The translations under genes and the position numbers were made by a program. 64,000 nucleotides of DNA from the NCBI GenBank assembly GCA_045863235.1, contig BTUM01000020.1:43287-107286 (forward strand). Direction: 5' to 3'. This DNA is from Candidatus Xenobia bacterium. GTDB lineage: Bacteria > Vulcanimicrobiota > Xenobia > Xenobiales > QWHO01. Every line of letters starts with the position of its first letter. Within the stretch, counting starts at the first letter, position 1. The notes under the pieces were generated by a model. That model did no database searches, was not told where the DNA came from, and saw nothing but the letters and a program-made list of their open reading frames with translations. This document shows, piece after piece, positions 18,032 to 26,327 of the stretch.

Positions 18032-19171
18032 TCAGACGGGTACCTCGGCCACCGCCATGGGATGATCCGAGATCTGCACGCCGTGCGCGTCGTGGAGCTT
18101 GAATCCCTCGAACTCGGCTGGGCCGGCGGCGTTCTTGGTGTTGACGAAGTCGATGTGGAAGGCGTGCACCTCGTGGCCGGCCTGGCGCAGCTCATTGGCC
18201 AGCGAGCTGTCCGCGCCGCCGTTGAGGTCGCCCCCTCCGACCACCAGCTGGCCGGGCTCGGCCTGACGCGCCAGCTCGTCCATCACTGCCTCGCGCGCCT
18301 CGGTTCGCTGGGCGTCGGTATAGTTGTGGGTGGGCATGTGGGTGTTCCAGAGCAGCGCCTCGCGCCCGCCGGGAAGGCGGACCTCCACGGTCTGAAGGCT
18401 GCGCGGCTCTTGCCCGTCGCCCTGCAGGGCCCACTCCTTGAGCTCCTGGAGCCCGCTTCCGTCGTTGAGCAGCACCCGGTTGGAATGGGCCGTCACCTCA
18501 AGGTCGGGGTGCACCAGGGTTAGATTGCCCTGCAGCAGCGTGGTCTGGGAATAATAGCCGTGCATCGAGAGGCCTTCCACCAGCTCGTCCACGTGGCCGG
18601 GGGAGACCTCCTGGAGCAGGTAGACGTCGGCCTGCCGATCCTTCATGGCGGCGATCATCTCGTCGAGCTGCGGCCTGGCCCCGTCGGCATCGCGGCTGCG
18701 CTCGTGGTGCAGGTTCCAGGTGACTACCTTCAGGTCTCCACCGTCCACCGCCTGCCAGCCCGGGCGGCCGTCCGTCGTGGTGATCTGATTGTGCGACGAT
18801 TCCAGGTTGCGCGCGGCGTCGGGCAGCGAGGGGATGCCCTCCAGAATGCGCCAGGCGTGAGCACCCTTCACCCCCAACTCGGGGGAGATGCACAGTCCCT
18901 GCTCGGTCAGAGCCACTGGAGCGGCCTGGGCGCACACTGGCGCGTGGGCCAGCGCATAGCTTCCCGCTCCCGCGGCCGTGCCCACCACGCCCAGGGCCAG
19001 CATCGAGCCCAGCGCCAGCTTGCGCAGCCGATGGCCCTTCTGCTCAGGCTCCTGTTCGTCGGTCTCGGGCTGCGGCAGGTAAGCGTCCGCCGGCCCGCTC
19101 TCCGGCGGGGCATAGCGCACGCCGGGCACGCCCTTGTAAGCTGTGGTGCTGGTGATGCTGGTCGCTTCCAT
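18032..19171 (-). CDS. Endonuclease/exonuclease/phosphatase family protein
   Basis: VVTWNLH, LLQEV, NTHM, GGDLN, IDFV and SDHP motifs; preceded by a low-complexity N-terminus and a TM segment. Confidence 0.85.
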   Translation of the reverse strand: MEATSITSTTAYKGVPGVRYAPPESGPADAYLPQPETDEQEPEQKGHRLRKLALGSMLALGVVGTAAGAGSYALAHAPVCAQAAPVALTEQGLCISPELGVKGAHAWRILEGIPSLPDAARNLESSHNQITTTDGRPGWQAVDGGDLKVVTWNLHHERSRDADGARPQLDEMIAAMKDRQADVYLLQEVSPGHVDELVEGLSMHGYYSQTTLLQGNLTLVHPDLEVTAHSNRVLLNDGSGLQELKEWALQGDGQEPRSLQTVEVRLPGGREALLWNTHMPTHNYTDAQRTEAREAVMDELARQAEPGQLVVGGGDLNGGADSSLANELRQAGHEVHAFHIDFVNTKNAAGPAEFEGFKLHDAHGVQISDHPMAVAEVPV

Positions 19172-19297
19172 CCAGGCTTTCAGGATAGCACCGGTCGGCG
19201 CCCCCCCGGGAGAAATTCATGTTACCGGACTGCAACCGATGTTAAAGTTCCTGGCCACGCCCTGCCGGTCAGGGACCCCTCTTCTGTGTGCTCGAGA

Positions 19298-19335
19298 AAT
19301 CTGTAGTGTAAGTTTTGGATCTTACACTACAGATT
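19298..19335. promoter_or_regulatory. Perfect 15-bp inverted repeat containing back-to-back TACACT (-10-like) boxes
   Basis: AATCTGTAGTGTAAG-ttttggat-CTTACACTACAGATT; AT-rich and intergenic. Confidence 0.6.
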
Positions 19336-19512
19336 CCATGAGCGAGCCAAACCACGAGCAGGCTGACGCAAAACCGGTGGTGGTGTCGAAGCGTGCCCTG
19401 CACAATACATTGTGGTCTCGGAGCTATACCAGTGTCGGAGTGACCCTCCGCCACCCCGGGACCGACCGAACGCTCGGCAGTCGGGCGGGGGTCGATGGCC
19501 GCGCCCGGGGGA

Positions 19513-20136
19513 TCAGGAAGCCTGACCGATGCCCGAGTGCATGGAGGGGCCGGGGGGCTGCGAGCGCACGATACGGGCTTCGGCCTCGAGCAGCTCCTGC
19601 CAGCGCGCCCGCACCCGCCTGGGGGCAGCCACCTTGTTGGCCAGGCGCAGGAAAACTTTGTAGTGTCCGTGCTCGGAGGCCCACAGGCTCTTGTAGAGCT
19701 TGGCCAGCTCGGCGTCGGGGGCGTGCTCGGAGAGCAGATGGAAGCGCTCGCACGAACGAAGCTCGATCAAGGATGAGATCAGCAGCCGGTCGACCAGCTC
19801 GTCGCGGCCCTGGCCCAGGCGGATCTCCTTGCGCAGGTCGGCGGCATAGCGGTTCTTGTGCAGGCGCGAGAGCTCGCCTCCGCGCCGGGCCAGCAGGCGC
19901 GTCACGATGGCCAGATGCTCGGCCTCGTCCTTGGCGATCAGGGTGAGCGTGTTGACCCACTCGTCGGGAGGGTTGGCGTCGGGCCACTGATTCAGGAGGG
20001 AGAGCGCGTTGCTGGCGGCCTTGCGTTCGAGGTGGGCGTGGTCGTTGAGCAGGGCCACAACGTCGGAGAGGGCCTGCTCGGCCCATTCCGGCGGGGTGAG
20101 CCAGGCCAGCGGGAGATCGTCAATTTTTCCAGCCAT
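19513..20136 (-). CDS. miaE: tRNA-(ms2io6A)-hydroxylase MiaE-like di-iron protein
   Basis: LLNDHAHLERKAA, E.EH, DRLLISSLIE.RSCERF and SE.GH motifs. Confidence 0.9.
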   Translation of the reverse strand: MAGKIDDLPLAWLTPPEWAEQALSDVVALLNDHAHLERKAASNALSLLNQWPDANPPDEWVNTLTLIAKDEAEHLAIVTRLLARRGGELSRLHKNRYAADLRKEIRLGQGRDELVDRLLISSLIELRSCERFHLLSEHAPDAELAKLYKSLWASEHGHYKVFLRLANKVAAPRRVRARWQELLEAEARIVRSQPPGPSMHSGIGQAS

Positions 20137-20782
20137 CGAGCCACTCCTGGAAGAGGTTGGGGTTCAGGGATGTGAGCGAATCCACCACCCGGTGGGCTAA
20201 GGCAAGATCCGAGGCCGAGCGGGTGGAGGTCACGGCCACCACCAGCGAGCCGGCCGCCAAGCCTGCCTCCACGCCCTGCGGGGCATCCTCCACCACCAGG
20301 CAGCGAGCCGGGGGCAGGCCCAGGGCTTCGGCGGCCAGCGAGAAGACCTGCGGGTGGGGCTTGCCCTCGGTTACGTCATCCCCCGTGACCAGGGCGTCGA
20401 AGTACTGGCGGATGCCCAGCCCGGTCAGCAACAGCTCCACGTTCTCGCGCGGACCCGAGGAGCCCACCGCCAGCTTGAAGCCGGCTCTGGCCAGGCCTTC
20501 GACCAGCTCACGGGCTCCCGGCAGGGGATGGATGTGCTCGCGGACATGGGCCCGAAACAGCTCCTCCTTTTCGCCGGCCAGGCTCTCAAGCTCTTGCTGG
20601 CTCACTTCGCGGCCCAGCCAGACCGGGAGAATCTGGGCGTTGTGCGAGCCGAAAGTGCGCTCGAAGAGCGGCAGCTCGAATGGCACGCCGTGGCGCCGGC
20701 CCAGCTCGTTCCAGGCGGCAAAGTGCGACTCATGGGAGTCCACCAGCACGCCATCCATGTCAAATATCGCTCCGTACTCCAT
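20120..20782 (-). CDS. HAD-family phosphatase (beta-PGM-like)
   Basis: FDMDGVLVDS, GKPHP and VVEDA..GV.AG motifs. Confidence 0.92.
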   Translation of the reverse strand: MEYGAIFDMDGVLVDSHESHFAAWNELGRRHGVPFELPLFERTFGSHNAQILPVWLGREVSQQELESLAGEKEELFRAHVREHIHPLPGARELVEGLARAGFKLAVGSSGPRENVELLLTGLGIRQYFDALVTGDDVTEGKPHPQVFSLAAEALGLPPARCLVVEDAPQGVEAGLAAGSLVVAVTSTRSASDLALAHRVVDSLTSLNPNLFQEWLDGWKN

Positions 20783-20873
20783 TGCGTCTTTTCTCGAGGG
20801 CCGCTTTTCAGACTTTTTTCAGGATCTCCTGGCACGATAGCGCGGCACAAGAGAGCGGAGGGATCTGAATACC

Positions 20874-21275
20874 ATGAACGTCGCCCTGACCGGAGCCACC
20901 CCCATTCCCCAGCGCTTCCAGGCGCCCGCCAGCGCCAACTCTGCACCCCAGCAGGCGCCTGCTCCGAAGGACGACAGTGAGGACAACGCCCTCCTGAAGT
21001 TCTACAAGGAGTATCAGACCCCCATTCACGTGGCCGGTGGGGCCCTTCTCGGAGCGGGCATCTCCCGTTTGGCCGGCGTTCCCGGGGAGGCCGTGCTCTC
21101 GGCCGCCGGAATCGGAGCCTTTGCCGGTTGGGTGGCTGACAATCCCCGCCGGGCCGCTTGCATGGCCGGTGGGGCCGTGCTCGGCGCCACCATCGCCTCG
21201 CTGGCCGGCCTGTCCGGGCCGGCCGTGGTCAGCGCCGCGGGCACCGGCACCTTCGTGGGATGGATCGTGGGCTGA
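20874..21275 (+). CDS. Small Gly-zipper membrane protein
   Basis: Pro/Ala-rich N-terminus then two similar hydrophobic units (AGGALLGA...AAGIGAFAGW / AGGAVLGA...AAGTGTFVGW). Confidence 0.7.
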   Translation: MNVALTGATPIPQRFQAPASANSAPQQAPAPKDDSEDNALLKFYKEYQTPIHVAGGALLGAGISRLAGVPGEAVLSAAGIGAFAGWVADNPRRAACMAGGAVLGATIASLAGLSGPAVVSAAGTGTFVGWIVG

Positions 21276-21895
21276 TGCGACCCATCGACCCCAGCAACCC
21301 TTCGCAGCCGGCTCGGCCCAAGAACCGGCCCTCGTTGCCACCTTCCGGTGACAAAGAGCCTCAGGACGGTGTGCAGCTCTCGCGCACCCGAACCGCCAGC
21401 GGGCGCTTTCGCGTCAAGCGCGGCGACACCAAGCTGAAGACCCTGCGCGAGACCTACGGGCTCGACTTTGCGGCCGGGTTGCCGGGCAATATGCCTCTGG
21501 CCATCCTGCGGGCCGCCAGCGGGCTTTCCTTGAGCCAGATGCTCGAGCAGCCCGAGAAGCTCGAGGAAGCCACCGAGAAGGTCAAGAAGGAGAAAACTCT
21601 GGTCCGGCTTTACCAGGACAGCCCGGGCGCCGGTGGGGGCTATCCTCCGGAATCGACCGTGGACACCGACAGCCCGGGAGCCGGGGGCGGTTATCCTCCT
21701 TACCAGACCATTGACAGCCCGGGAGCTGGTGGCGGGTATCCGCCTGCCGAAACCGTGGACAGCCCCGGTGCCGGTGGAGGCTATCCTCCCTACCAGAGCG
21801 TGCCGCCTGGTAAGGACCCTTCCAGAGAGCCCTCTAAGGAGCCCCCTGCGGAGCCTCAAAAAGGGCCTTCCGAGCCTCCAAAAAGTCCGGCTTGA
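21275..21895 (+). CDS. Hypothetical protein with four DSPGAGGGYPP repeats
   Basis: ATG at 21275 is coupled to the upstream TGA; repeats are visible in the translation. Confidence 0.75.
   Translation: MRPIDPSNPSQPARPKNRPSLPPSGDKEPQDGVQLSRTRTASGRFRVKRGDTKLKTLRETYGLDFAAGLPGNMPLAILRAASGLSLSQMLEQPEKLEEATEKVKKEKTLVRLYQDSPGAGGGYPPESTVDTDSPGAGGGYPPYQTIDSPGAGGGYPPAETVDSPGAGGGYPPYQSVPPGKDPSREPSKEPPAEPQKGPSEPPKSPA
21617..21790 (+). repeat. 4 x 33-bp coding repeat (DSPGAGGGYPP) with short variable linkers
   Basis: GACAGCCC.GG.GC.GG.GG.GG.TATCC.CC occurs four times with synonymous variation only. Confidence 0.9.
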
Positions 21896-23330
21896 TGGAA
21901 AGGGCCTGCTGGTAGCACTCGCAGGCCTCCTCGCGGCGCCCTAAAGCGTCCAGGCAGTTGCCCTTGAGAAAGAGCAGCACCTCGTCGCGGCCGTAGCGGT
22001 CGATGGTGCGCTGGAAAAAGTCCAGGGCCGGCTCGAAGCGCCCGATGCCGTAGCTCAGGTGGCCCAGCCAGAACGTGAGGTTCGGACCGCCCGGGAAGTG
22101 GTAGTCGTTCTCCCAGGTCCGCCCGAGGAGCTCGACCAGGTCGCTGCCCTCGCTGAAGTTGAGCCGGGGAAGGACTCCGGCCAGCTTGTTGGCGCAGGCT
22201 GCCAGGGCCTGAGGGTCGGCCAGGTTCAGGCGCACGAAGGCCGGCAGGGCGGTGCGCCAGCTGTCTGAGCGGTCGCGCACCAGGGCGAACATCTCATTGG
22301 CTGTGTTGACCAGGTTGACCCGATCGAATCGCTCGCGAAAGGCGTAGTTGAGGTGCGGGAAGTCGCCCTCGAGGTCGAGGGCGCAGACCGTCTGCAAGCT
22401 GTCGAGGTAGCGGTGGCTGGTCAACCAGGCCTGCTCGAACGTGCCCGTCAGGGCCGGGTAGTTGACCAGGTGGGAGAAGGCTCCCTCGTGCAGTTGCAGG
22501 GGGTGGTCGGGATAGTGGGTCATGTGCTCGACGCTGGTAAAGGCGCGATCGGAGCTGAGCAGGATCAGCCGGCCCAGCTTGCGCAGACCCCGCAGCACGG
22601 CCAGGCTGGCTGTTGGAATGGTGAAGGACCCTTTCGTGACGGTGCGGGTGTAGTGCTGTAACAGCTCGGAGAGGTTGCGCTCGGCGTATCGGGTGGTCGG
22701 GTCGATCGCCTGGTAACTGCGCACCACCTCCACATCGCGAGCATCGCGCGGCTCCTGGTTGGGGGTCTTACGGACCAGCTCCACCAGGCACTCCTCCAGA
22801 ACGCCGTCTTTGACACGGAACTCGTCCTGGGCCAGGGAGTCGAAGAAGTAGTTGGCGATCACCACCAACGGATTGGCGAAGCTCTGGATGGTTTCACCCG
22901 AGCGCCGCAACTTCAGAACCGGGTCTTCACCCGCGCGAAAGAGGGCGAAGTCGAAGCGCTCGCCCTGCAATCGCTCGTGTTGCTCCCAGAACTCCAGGTT
23001 GGCCTCGGCCAGGTCGGTCAGCACCAGGCGAAAACGCAGGCTGCGGGTAGCCGGAAAGTAGGCCAGCTTGCGCTCCAACTCGCGCGCCAGGTAGAAGGAC
23101 AATCGGCCGGTGCCGGTGCCCACCTCGAGCAGGGTGAGCGGCTCGTCAGGATGCTCGAGAGGCCGATCGAGCAGCATGGCCAGGATCAAGTCGGCATAGG
23201 CCTCGGCGATGACGGTGCTGTTGGTCACATAGTAAGGGGTTCGCTCGTTCCAGGCCTGTACGCCCAGATTGCGGTAGTGGTTCTCCTGCAGTCGCCAGAG
23301 GTCGCATTGCGACAAAGAAACAGCCGTCAT
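21834..23330 (-). CDS. SAM-dependent methyltransferase-like (MidA/NDUFAF7-type) protein with C-terminal TPR
   Basis: LLEVGTGTGRL (SAM motif I), VIANYFFDSL, and TPR-like helices at the C-terminus. Confidence 0.75.
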   Translation of the reverse strand: MTAVSLSQCDLWRLQENHYRNLGVQAWNERTPYYVTNSTVIAEAYADLILAMLLDRPLEHPDEPLTLLEVGTGTGRLSFYLARELERKLAYFPATRSLRFRLVLTDLAEANLEFWEQHERLQGERFDFALFRAGEDPVLKLRRSGETIQSFANPLVVIANYFFDSLAQDEFRVKDGVLEECLVELVRKTPNQEPRDARDVEVVRSYQAIDPTTRYAERNLSELLQHYTRTVTKGSFTIPTASLAVLRGLRKLGRLILLSSDRAFTSVEHMTHYPDHPLQLHEGAFSHLVNYPALTGTFEQAWLTSHRYLDSLQTVCALDLEGDFPHLNYAFRERFDRVNLVNTANEMFALVRDRSDSWRTALPAFVRLNLADPQALAACANKLAGVLPRLNFSEGSDLVELLGRTWENDYHFPGGPNLTFWLGHLSYGIGRFEPALDFFQRTIDRYGRDEVLLFLKGNCLDALGRREEACECYQQALSIKPDFLEARKALFEAPQGAP

Positions 23331-24283
23331 TGCACACTCAGGGCCCCGGACCAGCCGGTCGAGGGCTCGCCTTTCAAAGTCGTGGGATCCAGGGCCCAGG
23401 CGCGGGCTATGGCCAGCACGCTGGATTCATCCGGATAGGTGAGATCGGTGCGCTCGAAGTAGCCGGGCTCTTCGGCCTCGTCGCTGGTTTCGTCAAAGAA
23501 GGCTGGCAGGCTCTGCTCGGCCTCGGTGACGTGACCGAGCCGCCACAAGGTGGTGCCGATCTCGCCCAGGTAGGCGTAGGCGCGCACGATGGTGCCCTCC
23601 TCGGTACGGGCCCAGGCGAACAGCCCCTGACCCGGGTCGCAAGCGAAATAGCAGACCTTGTGGGCTCGCTGGCTGAGCGACTCGAGGTAAAGCAGCAGCG
23701 GATCGGATTGCACTTCGGCCTCGGGGTCCGGGTAAGGTAGCCCCACCGCCAGGCTCCAACCCTCCAGGCGAGGGGTGACGAACACCCGGCCCGGCGTTTG
23801 AGCGAGGCCTTCTTGCCAGGAGACCGGGCGCACCTGGCGCAGGCCCATCTCGCACAAGAGCAACTCGCTCTCGCAGGCCGCCGCCAGCCAGGCACAGGGT
23901 GGGTGGAAGGGCGTCGGCTCTTGCGGGATGGGACTCCCCTCAGCCGGACGGGCCGCCAGGCTCAAGAGCAAGAGGCCGAGCCGGAGCGGATCTGCCTCTA
24001 CGGCCTGCCCTTCGACCGTCAGCGTGCCGCCGTTGGACTGGCAGACCAGGCACGGCTCATCGGGACCGGCCACAAACGTGCTGGGAGCCTTGCCGCCTTT
24101 GAGGGCCTTCAGCACGGCCTTGCCCAGGTCGGCAGGGTAAGGTCGGGGACCCAGGCTGAACACCGGCTCGCAACTGGCGAAGCCGCCCTGTGACGTGCGC
24201 CGGCGGGCTACCACCGCCGTCTGGTTGGGACGCGGGTAGACCAGGCATTGCTGCTCTTTCGGGCCGAACAGCCGCTGCAACAT
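23327..24283 (-). CDS. Hypothetical protein
   Basis: 318-aa ORF coupled to the methyltransferase (ATGA overlap); contains VFVTPRLEGWSLAVG and YPDE..VL.IA.AW.LDP. Confidence 0.75.
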   Translation of the reverse strand: MLQRLFGPKEQQCLVYPRPNQTAVVARRRTSQGGFASCEPVFSLGPRPYPADLGKAVLKALKGGKAPSTFVAGPDEPCLVCQSNGGTLTVEGQAVEADPLRLGLLLLSLAARPAEGSPIPQEPTPFHPPCAWLAAACESELLLCEMGLRQVRPVSWQEGLAQTPGRVFVTPRLEGWSLAVGLPYPDPEAEVQSDPLLLYLESLSQRAHKVCYFACDPGQGLFAWARTEEGTIVRAYAYLGEIGTTLWRLGHVTEAEQSLPAFFDETSDEAEEPGYFERTDLTYPDESSVLAIARAWALDPTTLKGEPSTGWSGALSVQ

Positions 24284-24486
24284 GCCCCCCCTTTCGGGCC
24301 GTCGCTCGGGGGGCCTTCTGGGCTCCCATGTAGGTTCTCCGGGTCAGGGCGACGCTGCCTTCCGGCTTCGTGCGGGTTCGGAGAACCTGTAAGCCAAGCT
24401 TACTCGATCGACGGGCCGGCCTCAGTGAGATTTTCCCCGATGACCGCGTTCCAGGGGTCCTGCTCGGATTGGGCGAACCAGGCCTC

Positions 24487-24873
24487 ATGAAGCGTCTGAC
24501 GACCCTCCTCTTGCTTTTGACCGCCCTGGCGGGGGCCCAGATCGGCGGCTATTTCGAGCTCGGCCCCACACCCTCCACGGTCTGGGAGGGCGATTCGTTC
24601 GAGGTCGAGGTGAAGCTTGAGATGGTGGCTCGCGAGGAGCTGCGGGTGCATCTCAGCGCCGACCATCTGAGTCTCTCGACCCGAGAGCTGGTGATCCCAA
24701 AGGGCGAGAGGTCAGCGGTGTTCATGGTGACCGCGCCCCTCTTGCCGGTAAACTACAACCAGCAGCCTCAGTCCTACACAGGACGGTTGAAAGTGAGCGA
24801 CCGCAAAAACTCGCACGAACGCTACGTGACCATCATCCCTCGCAGCTATCCCAACCCCAATCCGATTCGATGA
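24487..24873 (+). CDS. Exported hypothetical protein
   Basis: Signal peptide MKRLTTLLLLLTALAGA. Confidence 0.7.
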   Translation: MKRLTTLLLLLTALAGAQIGGYFELGPTPSTVWEGDSFEVEVKLEMVAREELRVHLSADHLSLSTRELVIPKGERSAVFMVTAPLLPVNYNQQPQSYTGRLKVSDRKNSHERYVTIIPRSYPNPNPIR

Positions 24874-24983
24874 ACAAAGTCGCATCAACGTTTCCGTTTT
24901 GTTTCAGCCCGCCCTGGTAGGTTGAAGCTCCAACCCGGGAAAGACGCAAACATGCGCGCAGCTCGGGTGGGCTGGAGGCAAAT

Positions 24984-26327
24984 GTGGGGACGATCACTGA
25001 CTTCAGGCATGCCATGCCTGCGGCGCAGGCCACTGCGCCCGTTCCGGCCGCGAACGCGGCCTCGACGACTCTCGAGAGCCCTGCCGCTCGACCGGGAGTC
25101 CAGGATGAAGTGGAACTGAGCGCTCCGGTCAACCCCTACGCTGACATCGCCAAGAAGAGCGCGAACGTGAAGGTGGATGCCTGGAAGAAGGGCCCCAACG
25201 ACTCGGTGGAGCGCATTCTCACCAGCCAGGGCTACACCCCCGAGGAGATTTACCGCAAGGATTCCCAGGGCCGCTCGCTGATTCAGCGCGTGGCGGGAGT
25301 GAACGACCTGGCCGACCCGAACCTGGTGCGGCCGGGACAGAGCCTGGTGGTGCCGGTGAAGGATCAGGCCCAGGCTTCCCCGTCCCCTCAAGCCCAGAAC
25401 CAGGCGCAGGCCCAGAATGAAGGCACGGCCCGGGTCACCATCGACGCCTGGGGAAAGGGTCCCAACGATTCCGTGGAGCGTGTCCTGGTCAATCAGGGAT
25501 ACAGTTTGCGGGAGATCCACTCGAAGGACCGGGACGGCAAGAGCATGCTCGACCGGGTCGCCGCTGACAACGGTCTGCAGAGCCCCGACTCGGTTCGAGC
25601 CGGGCGAGAGCTGGTGCTGCCCTCCAAGCGCCAGGATCGCGGCGAGCAGGACCAGCGGGGCCAGGGCCAGCCGCGCCAGGAGCCGACGGAGCCTCGCCAG
25701 GAGCCCAAACCGGAGGCGCCCCGCGTCGAGGAGCCGAAGCCGCCGGTGCCCGAGCCCCGTCCGGAGGTTCCTGCGCCCCGCGTCGAGGAGCCGAAGCCAC
25801 CCGTGCCCGAGCCCCGTTCGGAGGTTCCTGCGCCTCGCGTCGAGGAGCCGAAACCCCCTGTGAGCGAGCCGCATGCGCCCCGGCTCGAGGAGCCGAAACC
25901 AGCCGTTCCGGTCGAGGGCGAGGCCACGCTGGAGATGGGTCTGATGCTTGATGGAATGCGCCAGAACCGCTTCACCCGCGACGAGTTCAGGGCGCTCAAT
26001 GGTGCTGCCAATCGTTACGAGGAGATGCGCGCCGCCTACGGTAAGGACGGCTACTCGAGCGACGAGCTGCGCGACCTGGGTCGCTACGAAGAGCAGTATG
26101 GCAAGATGTATGCCCGCTTCTTCGAGCACGACCGCTCGCGCATCCGCATCGAGGCTCACCAGACCGACGATCCCCGGGTGCAGCAGCGCCTGCGCCTGAC
26201 CGAGGAGGGAGCGGTGCTCTATGACCGCTACAAAGCCGGCGAGATCACCCTGGATGATGCCGCTGGCCTGCTCATGGTTCAGCGCAGCCAGGCCCGCGAG
26301 CTTGGACGGACGGAGGGAGGACTGTGA
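24984..26327 (+). CDS. Protein with two LysM-like domains and a Pro/Glu-rich repeat linker
   Basis: GGAGG RBS then GTG; duplicated ~65-aa unit ending N.L..P..VR.G..LV.P; PRVEEPKPPVPEPR repeats. Confidence 0.8.
   Translation: MGTITDFRHAMPAAQATAPVPAANAASTTLESPAARPGVQDEVELSAPVNPYADIAKKSANVKVDAWKKGPNDSVERILTSQGYTPEEIYRKDSQGRSLIQRVAGVNDLADPNLVRPGQSLVVPVKDQAQASPSPQAQNQAQAQNEGTARVTIDAWGKGPNDSVERVLVNQGYSLREIHSKDRDGKSMLDRVAADNGLQSPDSVRAGRELVLPSKRQDRGEQDQRGQGQPRQEPTEPRQEPKPEAPRVEEPKPPVPEPRPEVPAPRVEEPKPPVPEPRSEVPAPRVEEPKPPVSEPHAPRLEEPKPAVPVEGEATLEMGLMLDGMRQNRFTRDEFRALNGAANRYEEMRAAYGKDGYSSDELRDLGRYEEQYGKMYARFFEHDRSRIRIEAHQTDDPRVQQRLRLTEEGAVLYDRYKAGEITLDDAAGLLMVQRSQARELGRTEGGL
25716..25901 (+). repeat. 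57-bp coding tandem repeat (APRVEEPKPPVPEPRxEVP), two full and two partial copies
   Basis: Near-identical units start at 25716, 25773, 25830 and 25875. Confidence 0.85.

Noticed and set aside
19345..19400. c-di-GMP-I (GEMM) riboswitch-like words GCCAAACC...GACGCAAAAC
   Set aside because: No GNRA-capped stem between the words and no downstream plus-strand gene to regulate; kept only as an unassigned sRNA candidate.
21834..23330. Methyltransferase as the missing BREX DNA methylase
   Set aside because: No NPPY/DPPY amino-methyltransferase motif, it resembles protein methyltransferases, and it lies 20 kb from the ATPase/PglZ gene.
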